Below, piece by piece: positions 1-13,500 of a stretch of 64,000 nucleotides of DNA. Source of the DNA: the human T2T-CHM13v2.0 reference genome, Homo sapiens; assembly GCF_009914755.1 (NCBI RefSeq), contig NC_060941.1. The stretch is one strand, 5' to 3'. Within the stretch, counting starts at the first letter, position 1, and the number at the start of each line of letters is the position of its first letter. The translations under genes were made by a program, and so were the position numbers. The notes beneath the pieces were generated by a model. The model was given only the letters and a program-made list of their open reading frames with translations. It searched no databases and was not told where the DNA came from.

Positions 1-70
1 TTTGGATGGAGCAGGTTTGAAACACACTTTCTGTAGAATCTGCGAGTGGATATTTGGACCTCTCTGAGGA

Positions 71-87
71 TTTCGTTGGAAACGGGA
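71..87 (+). promoter_or_regulatory. CENP-B box, monomer 1 (recurs each HOR)
   Basis: TTTCGTTGGAAACGGGA matches nTTCGnnnnAnnCGGGn. Confidence 0.95.
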
Positions 88-407
88 TAACTGCACCTAA
101 CTAATCGGAAGCATTCTCACAAACTTCTTCGTGATGTTTGCATTCAAATCCCAGAGTTGAACCTTCCTATGATAGTTCAGCTTTGAAACATTCTTTTTGT
201 AGGATCTGCAAGTGGATATTTGGACCACTATTTGGCCTTCCTTCGAAACGGGTACATCTTCAAATAAAATCTAGACAGAAGCCTTCTCAGAAACTTCTCT
301 GTGATGATTGCATTCAACTCATAGCGTTGAACCTTCCTATGGATAGAGCAGTTTTGAATCTCTCTTTTTGTGGAATCTGCAAGTGGTTGTGTGGTCCTCT
401 TTGAAGA

Positions 408-424
408 TGTCTTTGGAAACGGGA
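408..424 (+). promoter_or_regulatory. Constitutively degenerate CENP-B box, monomer 3
   Basis: TGTCTTTGGAAACGGGA lacks TTCG, in all units inspected. Confidence 0.85.
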
Positions 425-749
425 ATATCTTCACATAAAAACTAAACAGAAGCATTCTCAGAAACTTCTCTGTGATGTTTGTGTCCAAATCACAGAGTTT
501 CACGTTGCTTTTCATAGAGCAGATGAGAAACATTCTATTCGTAGGGTCTGCAAGTGGACATTTGGAGAGATTTCAGGCCTGTGGTGGAAAACGAATTATC
601 GTCAAGTAAAAACTAGAGGGAAGCATTGTCAGAAACTTGTTTGTGATGACTGCATTCAACTCACAGAGTTGAAGGTTCCTTTTCAAACAGCAGTTTCCAA
701 ACACTCTTTCTGTGGCATCTGCAAGTGGATGTTTGGGCCTCTTTGAAGA

Positions 750-766
750 TTTCGTTGGAAACGGGA
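750..766 (+). promoter_or_regulatory. CENP-B box, monomer 5 (recurs each HOR)
   Basis: TTTCGTTGGAAACGGGA. Confidence 0.95.
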
Positions 767-920
767 TAATCTTCACAGAAAAGCTAAACAGAAGCATTCT
801 CAGAAACTTCTTTGTGATGTTTGCTTTCAACTCACAGAGTTGAACTTTCCTTTTGAGAGAGAAGCTTTGAAACACTCTTTTTCTAGAATCTGCAAGTGGA
901 TATTTGGAGGGCTTTGAGGC

Positions 921-937
921 CTGTGGTGGAAAAGGAA
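921..937 (+). promoter_or_regulatory. A-type (pJ-alpha-like) box, representative; six A-type monomers per HOR
   Basis: CTGTGGTGGAAAAGGAA sits at the position homologous to the CENP-B box. Related boxes occur at 579, 1092, 1430, 2108 and 2279. Confidence 0.8.
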
Positions 938-1262
938 TTATCTTCCCGTAAGAACTAGATAGATGCATTCTCAGAAACTACTTTGTGACGATTGCATTCA
1001 AGTCACAGAGGTGAACATTCCCTTTCACAGAGCACTTTGGAAACTCTCCTTGTGTAGAATCTGCAAGTGGAGATATGGACCGCTTTGAGGCCTATGGTAG
1101 TAAAGGAAACAGCTTCATATAAAAACTAGACAGCAGCATTCTCAGGAAATTCTTTGTGACGACTGAGTTTAACTCACAGGGCTGAACATTCCTTTGGATG
1201 GAGCAGTTTGGAAACACACTATCTGTAGGATCTGCAAGCGGATACTTGGGCCTCTCTGAGGA

Positions 1263-1279
1263 TTTCGTTGGAAACGGGA
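1263..1279 (+). promoter_or_regulatory. CENP-B box, monomer 8 (recurs each HOR)
   Basis: TTTCGTTGGAAACGGGA. Confidence 0.95.
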
Positions 1280-1600
1280 TAAACCGCACAGAACTAAACA
1301 GAAGCATTCTCAGAACCTTCTTCGTGACGTTTGCATTCAACCCACAGTGTTGAACCTTTCTTTGATAGTTCAGGTTTGAAACACTCTTTTTGTAGAAACT
1401 GCAAGTGGATAACTGCACTTCTTTGAGGCCTATCGTAGTAAAGGGAATAACTTCCTATAAAAACAAGACAGAAGCTTTCTCAGAAAATTCTCTGGGATGA
1501 TTGAGTTAAACTCACAGAGCAGTACTTTCCTTGGGATGGAGTAGTTTCGAAACACACTTTCTGTAGAATCTGCAAGTGGATATTTGGACCTGTCTGAGGA

Positions 1601-1617
1601 ATTCGTTGCAAACGGGA
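1601..1617 (+). promoter_or_regulatory. CENP-B box, monomer 10, overlapping the once-per-HOR EcoRI site (1599-1604)
   Basis: ATTCGTTGCAAACGGGA keeps all nine essential positions. GAATTC is at 1599. Confidence 0.9.
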
Positions 1618-1765
1618 TAATTTCAGCTAAGTAAACAGAAGCAGTCTCAGAATCTTCTTGTGATGTTTGCATTCAAATCCCAGAATGGAACCTTCCTTTG
1701 AAAGTTCAGGTTTGAAACACTCTTTTTGCAGGATCTACAAGTGGATATTCGGACCACTCTGTGGA

Positions 1766-1782
1766 CTTCGATCGAAACGGGT
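1766..1782 (+). promoter_or_regulatory. CENP-B box, monomer 11 (recurs each HOR)
   Basis: CTTCGATCGAAACGGGT (usually CTTCGTTCGAAACGGGT). Essential positions are intact. Confidence 0.9.
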
Positions 1783-1936
1783 ATATCTTCACATAACATC
1801 TAGACAGAAGCATTCACAGAAACTTTTCTGTGATGACTGCATTCAACTCACAGAGTTGAACACTCCTTTTGAGAGCGCAGTTTTGAAACTCTCTTTCTCT
1901 GGAATCTGCAAGGGGACATGCAGAACTCTTTGAAGG

Positions 1937-1953
1937 TTTCGTTGGAAACGGAA
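1937..1953 (+). promoter_or_regulatory. Constitutively degenerate CENP-B box, monomer 12
   Basis: TTTCGTTGGAAACGGAA has CGGA instead of CGGG, in essentially all units. Confidence 0.85.
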
Positions 1954-2615
1954 TCATCTTCACATAAAAATTACACAGAAGCATTCTCAGGAACTCCTTG
2001 GTGATGTTTGTATTCAACTTCCAGAGTTGAACTTTCCTTCGGAAAGAGCAGCTATGAAACACTCTTTTTCTAGAATCTGCAAGTGGACATTGGGAGGGCT
2101 GTGAGGTTTGTGGTGGAAATGGAAATATCTCCACATAAATACTAGATAGAAGGCTTCTCAGAAACTACTTTGTGATGATTGCATTCACCTCACGGAGTGG
2201 AGCATTCCTATTGACAGAGCAGTTTGGAAACACTCTTGTTGTAGAATCTGCTAGTGGAGATTTGGAGCGCTTTGAGGCCTATGGTAGTAAAGGGAAGAGC
2301 TTCACATAAAATCTAGACAGAAGCATTCTCAGAAAATACTTTGTGATGATTGAGATTAACACACAGAGCTGAACATTCCTTTGGATGGAGAAGGTTTGAA
2401 ACACACTTTCTGTAGAATCTGCGAGTGGATATTTGGACCTCTCTGAGGATTTCGTTGGAAACGGGATAACTGCACCTAACTAAACGGAAGCATTCTCACA
2501 AAATTCTTTGTGATGTTTGCATTCAAATCCCGGAGTTGAACCTTCCTTTGATAGTTCAGCTTTGAAACACCCTTTTTGTAGGATCTGCAAGTGGATATTT
2601 GGACCACTCTTTGGC

Positions 2616-2632
2616 CTTCGTTCGAAACGGGT
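2616..2632 (+). promoter_or_regulatory. CENP-B box, monomer 2 (intact example in U2; broken in U1 at 237)
   Basis: CTTCGTTCGAAACGGGT. Confidence 0.9.
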
Positions 2633-5600
2633 ACATCTTCAAATAAAATCTAGACAGAAGCCTTCTCAGAAACTTCTCTGGGATGATTGCATTCAACTCA
2701 AAGCTTTGAACCCTCCTATGGATAGTGCAGTTTTGAATCTCTCTTTTTGTGGAATCTGCAAGTGGATATGTGGTACTCTTTGAAGTTGTCTTTGGAAACG
2801 GGAATATCTTCACATAAAAACTAAACAGAAGCATTCTCAGAAACTTCTCTGTGATGTTTGTGTTCAACTCACAGAGTTTCACGTTGCTTTTCATAGAGCA
2901 GATGAGAAACACGCTTTTCGTAGGGTCTGCAAGTGGACATTTGGAGAGATTTCAGGCCTGTGGTGGAAAACGAATTATCGTCACGTAAAAACTAGAGAGA
3001 AGCATTGTCAGAAACTTGTTTGTGATGACTGCATTCAACTCACAGAGTTGAAGGTTCCTTTTCAAACAGCAGTTTCCAAACACTCTTTCTGTGGCATCTG
3101 CAAGTGGATGTTTGGGCCTCTTTGAAGATTTCTTTGGAAACGGAATAATCTTCACAGAAAAGCTAAACAGAAGCATTCTCAGAAACTTCTTTGTGATGTT
3201 TGCTTTCAACTCACAGAGTTGAACTTTCCTTTTGAGAGAGAAGCTTTGAAACACTCTTTTTCTAGAATCTGCAAGTGGATATTTGGAGGGCTTTGAGGCC
3301 TGTGGTGGAAAAGGAATTATCTTCCCGTAAGAACTAGATAGATGCATTCTCAGAAACTACTTTGTGACGATTGCATTCAAGTCACAGAGGTGAACATTCC
3401 CTTTCAGAGAGCACTTTGGAAGCTCTTGTGTAGAATCTGCAAGTGGAGATATGGACCGCTTTGAGGCCTATGGTAGTAAAGGAAACAGCTTCATATAAAA
3501 ACTAGACAGCAGCATTCTCAGAAAACTCTTTGTGACGACTGAGTTTAACTCACAGGGCTGAACATTCCTTTGGATGGAGCAGTTTGGAAACACACTATCT
3601 GTAGGATCTGCAAGCGGATACTTGGGTCTCTCTGAGGATTTCCTTGGAAACGGGATAAACAGCACAGAACTAAACAGAAGCATTCTCAGAACCTTCTTCG
3701 TGACGTTTGCATTCAACCCACAGTGTTGAACCTTTCTTTGATAGTTCAGGTTTGAAACACTCTTTTTGTAGAAACTGCAAGAGGATAACTGCACTTCTTT
3801 GAGGCCTATCGTAGTAAAGGAAATAACTTCCTATAAAAACAAGACAGAAGCTTTCTCAGAAAATTCTCTGGGATGATTGAGTTGAACTCACAGAGCAGTA
3901 CTTTCCTTGGGATGGAGTAGTTTCAAAACACACTTTCTGTAGAATCTGCAAGTGGGTATTTGGACCTGTCTGAGGAATTCGTTGCAAACGGGATAATTTC
4001 AGCAAAGTAAACAGAAGCAGTCTCAGAATCTTCTTGTGATGTTTGCATTCAAATCCCAGAATTGAACCTTCCTTTGAAAGTTCAGGTTGGAAACACTCTT
4101 TTTGCAGGATCTACAAGTGGATATTGGGACCACTCTGTGAACTTCGTTCGAAACGGGTATATCTTCACATAACATCTAGACAGAAGCATTCTCAGAAACT
4201 TTTCTGTGATGACTGCATTCAACTCACAGAGTTGAACACTCCTTTTGAGAGCGCAGTTTTGAAACTCTCTTTCTCTGGAATCTGCAAGGGGACATGCAGA
4301 CCTCTTTGAAGGTTTCGTTGGAAACAGAATCATCTTCACATAAAAATTACACAGAAGCATTCTCAGGAACTCCTTGGTGATGTTTGTATTCAACTTCCAG
4401 AGTTGAACTTTCCTTCTGAAAGAGCAGCTATGAAACACTCTTTTTCTAGAATCTGCAAGTGGACATTGGGAGGGCTGTGAGGTTTGTGGTGGAAAAGGAA
4501 ATATCTCCACATAAATACTAGATAGAAGGCTTCTCAGAAACTACTTTGTGATGATTGCATTCACCTCACGGAGTGGAGCATTCCTATTGACAGAGCAGTT
4601 TGGAAACACTCTTGTTGTAGAATCTGCTAGTGGAGATTTGGAGCGCTTTGAGGCCTATGGTAGTAAAGGGAAGAGCTTCACATAAAATCTAGACAGAAGC
4701 ATTCTCAGAAAATACTTTGTGATGATTGAGATTAACACACAGAGCTGAACATTCCTTTGGATGGAGAAGGTTTGAAACACACTTTCTGTAGAATCTGCGA
4801 GTGGATATTTGGACCTCTCTGAGGATTTCGTTGGAAACGGGATAACTGCACCTAACTACACGGAAGCATTCTCACAAAATTCTTTGTGATGTTTGCATTC
4901 AAATCCCAGAGTTGAACCTTCCTTTGATAGTTCAGCTTTGAAACACTCTTTTTGTAGGATCTGCAAGTGCATATTTAGACCACTCTTTGGCCTTCGTTCG
5001 AAACGGGTACATCTTCAAATAAAATCTAGACAGAAGCCTTCTCAGAAACTTCTCTGTGATGATTGCATTCAACTCAAAGCGTTGAACCCTCCTATGGATA
5101 GAGCAGTTTTGAATCTCTCTTTTTGTGGAATCTGCAAGTGGATATGTGGTCCTCTTTGAAGATGTCTTTGGAAACGGGAATATGTTCACATAAAAACTAA
5201 ACAGAAGCATTCTCAGAAACTTCTCTGTGATGTTTCTGTTCAACTCACAGAGTTTCACGTTGCTATTCATAGAGCAGATGAGAAACATGCTTTTCGTAGG
5301 GTCTGCAAGTGGACATTTGGAGAGATTTCCCACCTGCGGTGGAAAACGAATTATCGTCACGTAAAAACTAGAGAGAAGCATTGTCAGAAACTTGTTTGTG
5401 ATGACTGCATTCAACTCACAGAGTTGAAGGTTCTTTTTCAAACAGCAGTTTCCAAACACTCTTTCTGTGGCATCTGCAAGTGGATGTTTGGGCCTCTTTG
5501 AAGATTTCGTTGGAAACGGGATAATCTTCACAGAAAAGCTAAACAGAAGCATTCTCAGAAACTTCTTTGTGATGTTTGCTTTCAACTCACAGAGTTCAAA

Positions 5601-5749
5601 TTTCCTTTTGAGAGAGAAGCTTTGAAACACTCTTTTTCTAGAATCTGCAAGTGGATATTTGGAGGGCTTTGAGGCCTGAGGTGGAAAAGGAATTATCTTC
5701 CCGTAAGAACTAGATAGATGCATTCTCAGAAACTACTTTGTGACGATTG

Positions 5750-8700
5750 CATTCAAGTCACAGAGGTGAACATTCCCTTTCAGAGAGCACTTTGGAAACT
5801 CTCGTTGTGTAGAATCTGCAAGTGGAGATATGGACCGCTTTGAGGCCTATGGTAGTAAAGGAAACAGCTTCATATAAAAACTAGACAGCAGCATTCTCAG
5901 AAAACTCTTTGTGACGACTGAGTTTAACTCACAGGGCTGAACATTCCTTTGGATGGAGCAGTTTGGAAACACACTATCTGTAGGATCTGCAAGCGGATAC
6001 TTGGGCCTCTCTGAGGATTTCGTTGGAAACGGGATAAACCGCACAGAACTAAACAGAAGCATTCTCAGAACCTTCTTCGTGATGTTTGCATTCAACCCAC
6101 AGTGTTGAACCTTTCTTTGATAGTTCAGGTTTGAAACACTCTTTTTGTAGAAACTGCAAGTGGATAACTGCACTTCTTTGAGGCCTATCGTAGTAAAGGA
6201 AATAACTTCCTATAAAAACAAGACAGAAGCTTTCTCAGAAAATTCTCTGGGATGATTGAGTTGAACTCACAGAGCAGTACTTTCCTTGGGATGGAGTAGT
6301 TTCGAAACACACTTTCTGTAAAATCTGCAAGTGGATATTTGGACCTGTCTGAGGAATTCGTTGCAAACGGGATAATTTCAGCTAAGTAAACAGAAGCAGT
6401 CTCAGAATCTTCTTGTGATGTTTGCATTCAAATCCCAGAATTGAAACTTCCTTTGAAAGTTCAGGTTGGAAACACTCTTTTTGCAGGATCTACAAGTGGA
6501 TATTCGGACCACTCTGTGGACTTCGTTCGAAACGGGTATATCTTCACATAACATCTAGACAGAAGCATTCTCAGAAACTTTTCTGTGATGACTGCATTCA
6601 ACTCACAGAGTTGAACACTCCTTTTGAGAGCGCAGTTTTGAAACTCTCTTTCTCTGGAATCTGCAAGGGGACATGCAGACCTCTTTGAATGTTTCATTGG
6701 AAACGGAATCATCTTCACATAAAAATTACACAGAAGCATCCTCAGGAACTCCTTGGTGATGTGTGTATTCAACTTCCAGAGTTGAACTTTCCTTCGGAAA
6801 GAGCAGCTATGAAACACTCTTTTTCTAGAATCTGCAAGTGGACATTGGGAGGGCTGTGAGGTTTGTGGTGGAAAAGGAAATATCTCCACGTAAATACTAG
6901 ATAGAAGCCTTCTCAGAAACTACGTTGTGATGATTGCATTCACCTCACGGAGTGGAGCATTCCTATTGACAGAGCAGTTTGGAAACACTCTTGTTGTAGA
7001 ATCTGCTAGTGGAGATTTGGAGCGCTTTGAGGCCTATGGTAGTAAAGGGAAGAGCTTCACATAAAATCTAGACAGAAGCATTCTCAGAAAATACTTTGTG
7101 ATGATTGAGTTTAACACACAGAGCTGAACATTCCTTTGGATGGAGAAGGTTTGAAACACACTTTCTGTAGAATCTGCGAGTGGATATTTGGACCTCTCTG
7201 AGGATTTCGTTGGAAACGGGATAACTGCACCTAACTAAACGGAAGCATTCTCACAAAATTCTTTGTGATGTTTGCATTCAAATCCCAGAGTTGAACCTTC
7301 CTTTGATAGTTCAGCTTTGAAACACCCTTTTTGTAGGATCTGCAAGTGGATATTTGGACCAGTCTTTGGCCCTCGTTCGAAACGGGTACATCTTCAAATA
7401 AAATCTAGACAGAAGCCTTCTCAGAAACTTCTCTGGGATGCTTGCATTCAACTCAAAGCGTTGAACCCTCCTATGGATAGAGCAGTTTTGAATCTCTCTT
7501 TTTGTGGAATCTGCAAGTGGATATGTGGTCCTCTTAGAAGTTGTCTTTGGAAACGGGAATATCTTCACATAAAAACTAAACAGAAGCATTCTCAGAAACT
7601 TCTCTGTGATGTTTGTGTTCAACTCACAGAGTTTCACGTTGCTTTTCATAGAGCAGATGAGAAACATGCTTTTCGTAGGGTCTGCAAGTGGACATTTGGA
7701 GAGATTTCAGGCCTGTGGTGGAAAACGAATTATCGTCACGTAAAAACTAGAGAGAAGCATTGTCAGAAACTTGTTTGTGATGACTGCATTCAACTCACAG
7801 AGTTGAAGGTTCCTTTTCAAACAGCAGTTTCCAAACACTCTTTCTGTGGCATGTGCAAGTGGATGTTTGGGCCTCTTTGAAGATTTCGTTGGAAACGGGA
7901 TAATCTTCACAGAAAAGCTAAACAGAAGCATTCTCAGAAACTTCTTTGTGATGTTTGCTTTCAACTCACAGAGTTGAACTTTCCTTTTGAGAGAGAAGCT
8001 TTGAAACACTCTTTTTCTAGAATCTGCAAGTGGATATTTGGAGGGCTTTGAGGCCTGTGGTGGAAAAGGAATTATCTTCCCGTAAGAACTAGATAGATGC
8101 ATTCTCAGAAACTACTTTGTGACGATTGCATTCAAGTCACAGAGGTGAACATTCCCTTTCAGAGAGCACTTTGGAAACTCTCGTTGTGTAGAATCTGCAA
8201 GTGGAGATATGGACCGCTTTGAGGCCTATGGTAGTAAAGGAAACAGCTTCATATAAAAACTAGACAGCAGCATTCTCAGAAAACTCTTTGTGACGACTGA
8301 GTTTAACTCACAGGGCTGAACATTCCTTTGGATGGAGCAGTTTGGAAACACACTATCTGTAGGATCTGCAAGCGGATACTTGGGCCTCTCTGAGGATTTC
8401 GTTGGAAACGGGATAAACCGCACAGAACTAAACAGAAGCATTCTCAGAACCTTCTTCGTGATGTTTGCATTCAACCCACAGTGTTGAACCTTTCTTTGAT
8501 AGTTCAGGTTTGAAACACTCTTTTTGTAGAAACTGCAAGTGGATAACTGCACTTCTTTGAGGCCTATCGTAGTAAAGGAAATAACTTCCTATAAAAACAA
8601 GACAGAAGCTTTCTCAGAAAATTCTCTGGGATGATTGAGTTGAACTCACAGAGCAGTACTTTCCTTGGGATGGAGTAGTTTCGAAACACACTTTCTGTAA

Positions 8701-10500
8701 AATCTGCAAGTGGATATTTGGACCTGTCTGAGGAATTCGTTGCAAACGGGATAATTTCAGCTAAGTAAACAGAAGCAGTCTCAGAATCTTCTTGTGATGT
8801 TTGCATTCAAATCCCAGAATTGAAACTTCCTTTGAAAGTTCAGGTTGGAAACACTCTTTTTGCAGGATCTACAAGTGGATATTCGGACCACTCTGTGGAC
8901 TTCGTTCGAAACGGGTATATCTTCACATAACATCTAGACAGAAGCATTCTCAGAAACTTTTCTGTGATGACTGCATTCAACTCACAGAGTTGAACACTCC
9001 TTTTGAGAGCGCAGTTTTGAAACTCTCTTTCTCTGGAATCTGCAAGGGGACATGCAGACCTCTTTGAATGTTTCATTGGAAACGGAATCATCTTCACATA
9101 AAAATTACACAGAAGCATCCTCAGGAACTCCTTGGTGATGTGTGTATTCAACTTCCAGAGTTGAACTTTCCTTCGGAAAGAGCAGCTATGAAACACTCTT
9201 TTTCTAGAATCTGCAAGTGGACATTGGGAGGGCTGTGAGGTTTGTGGTGGAAAAGGAAATATCTCCACGTAAATACTAGATAGAAGCCTTCTCAGAAACT
9301 ACGTTGTGATGATTGCATTCACCTCACGGAGTGGAGCATTCCTATTGACAGAGCAGTTTGGAAACACTCTTGTTGTAGAATCTGCTAGTGGAGATTTGGA
9401 GCGCTTTGAGGCCTATGGTAGTAAAGGGAAGAGCTTCACATAAAATCTAGACAGAAGCATTCTCAGAAAATACTTTGTGATGATTGAGTTTAACACACAG
9501 AGCTGAACATTCCTTTGGATGGAGAAGTTTTGAAACACACTTTCTGTAGAATCTGCGAGTGGATATTTGGACCTCTCTGAGGATTTCGTTGGAAACGGGA
9601 TAACTGCACCTAACTAAACGGAAGCATTCTCACAAAATTCTTTGTGATGTTTGCATTCAAATCCCAGAGTTGAACCTTCCTTTGATAGTTCAGCTTTGAA
9701 ACACCCTTTTTGTAGGATCTGCAAGTGGATATTTGGACCAGTCTTTGGCCCTCGTTCGAAACGGGTACATCTTCAAATAAAATCTAGACAGAAGCCTTCT
9801 CAGAAACTTCTCTGGGATGCTTGCATTCAACTCAAAGCGTTGAACCCTCCTATGGATAGAGCAGTTTTGAATCTCTCTTTTTGTGGAATCTGCAAGTGGA
9901 TATGAGGTCCTCTTAGAAGTTGTCTTTGGAAACGGGAATATCTTCACATAAAAACTAAACAGAAGCATTCTCAGAAACTTCTCTGTGATGTTTGTGTTCA
10001 ACTCACAGAGTTTCACGTTGCTTTTCATAGAGCAGATGAGAAACATGCTTTTCGTAGGGTCTGCAAGTGGACATTTGGAGAGATTTCAGGCCTGTGGTGG
10101 AAAACGAATTATCGTCACGTAAAAACTAGAGAGAAGCATTGTCAGAAACTTGTTTGTGATGACTGCATTCAACTCACAGAGTTGAAGGTTCCTTTTCAAA
10201 CAGCAGTTTCCAAACACTCTTTCTGTGGCATCTGCAAGTGGATGTTTGGGCCTCTTTGAAGATTTCGTTGGAAACGGGATAATCTTCACAGAAAAGCTAA
10301 ACAGAAGCATTCTCAGAAACTTCTTTGTGATGTTTGCTTTCAACTCACAGAGTTGAACTTTCCTTTTGAGAGAGAAGCTTTGAAACACTCTTTTTCTAGA
10401 ATCTGCAAGTGGATATTTGGAGGGCTTTGAGGCCTGTGGTGGAAAAGGAATTATCTTCCCGTAAGAACTAGATAGATGCATTCTCAGAAACTACTTTGTG
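5750..10500 (+). repeat. Recent single-HOR (2,379 bp) tandem duplication; boundaries approximate
   Basis: Private SNVs are paired at +2379: CTGTAAAATC ~6321/8700, TTGAAACTTC ~6446/8825, GAATGTTTCATTGG ~6690/9069, ACCAGTCTTTGGCCCTCG ~7361/9740, GGATGCTTGC ~7441/9820, CTTAGAAG ~7536/9915. Confidence 0.85.
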
Positions 10501-13500
10501 ACGATTGCATTCAAGTCACAGAGTTGAATATTCCCTTTCAGAGAGCACTTTGGAAACTCTCGTTGTGTAGAATCTGCAAGTGGAGATATGGACCGCTTTG
10601 AGGCCTATGGTAGTAAAGGAAACAGCTTCATATAAAAACTAGACAGCAGCATTCTCAGAAAACTCTTTGTGACGAGTGAGTTTAACTCATAGGGCTGAAC
10701 ATTCCTTTGGATGGAGCAGTTTGGAAACACACTATCTGTAGGATCTGCAAGCGGATACTTGGGCCTCCCTGAGGATTTTTTGGAAACGGGATAAACCGCA
10801 CAGAACTAAACAGAAGCATTCTCAGAACCTTCTTCATGACGTTTGCATTCAACCCACAGTGTTGAACCTTTCTTTGAGAGTTCAGGTTTGAAACACTCTT
10901 TTTGTAGAGACTGCAAGTGGATAACTGCACTTCTTTGAGGCCTATCGTATTAAAGGAAATAACTTCCTATAAAAACAAGACAGAAGCTTTCTCAGAAAAT
11001 TCTCTGGGATGATTGAGTTGAACTCACAGAGCAGTACTTTCCTTGGGATGGAGTAGTTTCGAAACACACTTTCTGTAGAATCTGCAAGTGGATATTTGGA
11101 CCTGTCTGAGGAATTCGTTGCAAACGGGATAATTTCAGCTAAGTAAACAGAAGCAGTCTCAGAATCTTCTTGTGATGTTTGCATTCAAATCCCAGAATTG
11201 AACCTTCCTTTGAAAGTTCAGGTTGGAAACACTCTTTTTGCAGGATCTACAAGTGGATATTCGGACCACTCTGTGGACTTCGTTCGAAACGGGTATATCT
11301 TCACATAACATCTAGACAGAAGCATTCTCAGAAACTTTTCTGTGATGACTGCATTCAACTCACAGAGTTGAACACTCCTTTTGAGAGCGCAGTTTTGAAA
11401 CTCTCTTTCTCTGGAATCTGCAAGGGGACATGCAGACCTCTTTGAAGGTTTCGTTGGAAACGGAATCATCTTCACATAAAAATTACACAGAAGCATTCTC
11501 AGGAATTCCTTGGTGATGTTTGCATTCAACTTCCAGAGTTGAACTTCCCTTCGGAAAGAGCAGCTATGAAACACTCTTTTTCTAGAATCTGCAAGTGGAC
11601 ATTGGGAGGGCTGTGAGGTTTGTGGTGGAAAAGGAAATATCTCCACATAAATACTAGATAGAAGGCTTCTCAGAAACTACTTTGTGATGATTGCATTCAC
11701 CTCACGGAGTGGAGCATTCCTATTGACAGAGCAGTTTGGAAACACTCTTGTTGTAGAATCTGCTAGTGGAGATTTGGAGCGCTTTGAGGCCTATGGTAGT
11801 AAAGGGAAGAGCTTCACATAAAATCTAGACAGAAGCATTCTCAGAAAATACTTTGTGATGATTGAGATTAACACACAGAGCTGAACATTCCTTTGGATGG
11901 AGAAGGTTTGAAACACACTTTCTGTAGAATCTGCGAGTGGATATTTGGACCTCTCTGAGGATTTCGTTGGAAACGGGATAACTGCACCTAACTAAACGGA
12001 AGCATTCTCACAAAATTCTTTGTGATGTTTGCATTCAAATCCCAGAGTTGAACCTTCCTTTGATAGTTCAGCTTTGAAACACCCTTTTTGTAGGATCTGC
12101 AAGTGGATATTTGGACCACTCTTTGGCCTTCGTTCGAAACGGTTACATCTTCAAATAAAATCTAGACAGAAGCCTTCTCAGAAACTTCTCTGGGATGATT
12201 GCATTCAACTCAAAGAGTTGAACCCTCCTGTGTATAGAGCAGTTTTGAATCTCTCTTTTTGTGGAATCTGCAAGTGGATATGTGGTCCTCTTTGAAGTTG
12301 TCTTTGGAAACGGGAATATCTTCACATAAAAACTAAACAGAAGCATTCTCAGAAACTTCTCTGTGATGTTTGTGTTCAACTCACAGAGTTTCACGTTGCT
12401 TTTCATAGAGCAGATGAGAAACATGCTTTTCGCAGGGTCTGCAAGTGGACATTTGGAGAGATTTCTGGCCTGTGGTGGAAAACGAATTATCGTCACGTAA
12501 AAACTAGAGAGAAGCATTGTCAGAAACTTGTTTGTGATGACTGCATTCAACTCACAGAGTTGAAGGTTCCTTTTCAAACAGCAGTTTCCAAACACTCTTT
12601 CTGTGGCATCTGCAAGTGGATGTTTGGGCCTCTTTGAAGATTTCGTTGGAAACGGGATCATCTTCACAGAAAAGCTAAACAGAAACATTCTCAGAAACTT
12701 CTTTTGATGTTTGCTTTCAACTCACAGAGTTGAACTTTCCTTTTGAGAGAGAAGCTTTGAAACACTCTTTTTCTAGAATCTGCAAGTGGATATTTGGAGG
12801 GCTTTGAGGCCTGTGGTGGAAAAGGAATTATCTTCCCGTAAGAACTAGATAGATGCATTCTCAGAAACTACTTTGTGACGATTGCATTCAAGTCACAGAG
12901 GTGAACATTCCCTTTCACAGAGCACTTTGGAAACTCTCGTTGTGTAGAATCTGCAAGTGGAGATATGGACCGCTTTGAGGCCTATGGTAGTAAAGGAAAC
13001 AGCTTCATATAAAAACTAGACAGCAGCATTCTCAGAAAACTCTTTCTGACGACTGAGTTTAACTCACAGGGCTGAACATTCCTTTGGATGGAGCAGTTTG
13101 GAAACACACTATCTGTAGGATCTGCAAGCGGATACTTGGGCCTCTCTGAGGATTTCGTTGGAAACGGGATAAACCGCACAGAACTAAACAGAAGCATTCT
13201 CAGAACCTCCTTCGTGACGTTTGCATTCAACCCACAGTGTTGAACCTTTCTTTGATAGTTCAGGTTTGAAACACTCTTTTTGTAGAAACTGCAAGTGGAT
13301 AACTGCACTTCTTTGAGGCCTATCGTAGTAAAGGAAATAACTTCCTATAAAAACAAGACAGAAGCTTTCTCAGAAAATTCTCTGGGATGATTGAGTTGAA
13401 CTCACAGAGCAGTACTTTCCTTGGGATGGAGTAGTTTCGAAACACACTTTCTGTAGAATCTGCAAGTGGATATTTGGACCTGTCTGAGGAATTCGTTGCA

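Larger units (their letters stand above)
71..2449 (+). repeat. One representative 14-monomer HOR unit (U1)
   Basis: Box positions: 71(B), 237(B), 408(B degenerate), 579(A), 750(B), 921(A), 1092(A), 1263(B), 1430(A), 1601(B), 1766(B), 1937(B degenerate), 2108(A), 2279(A). The next unit starts at 2450. Confidence 0.95.

Noticed and set aside
138-404. CxxC/His motifs (HSFCRICKW) resembling zinc fingers
   Set aside because: They come from the TGTAGGATCTGCAAGTGG satellite motif and have no C2H2 spacing or linker.
11503-11508. Extra EcoRI site in U5
   Set aside because: A single private C>T change (GAACTC>GAATTC), useful only as a marker.
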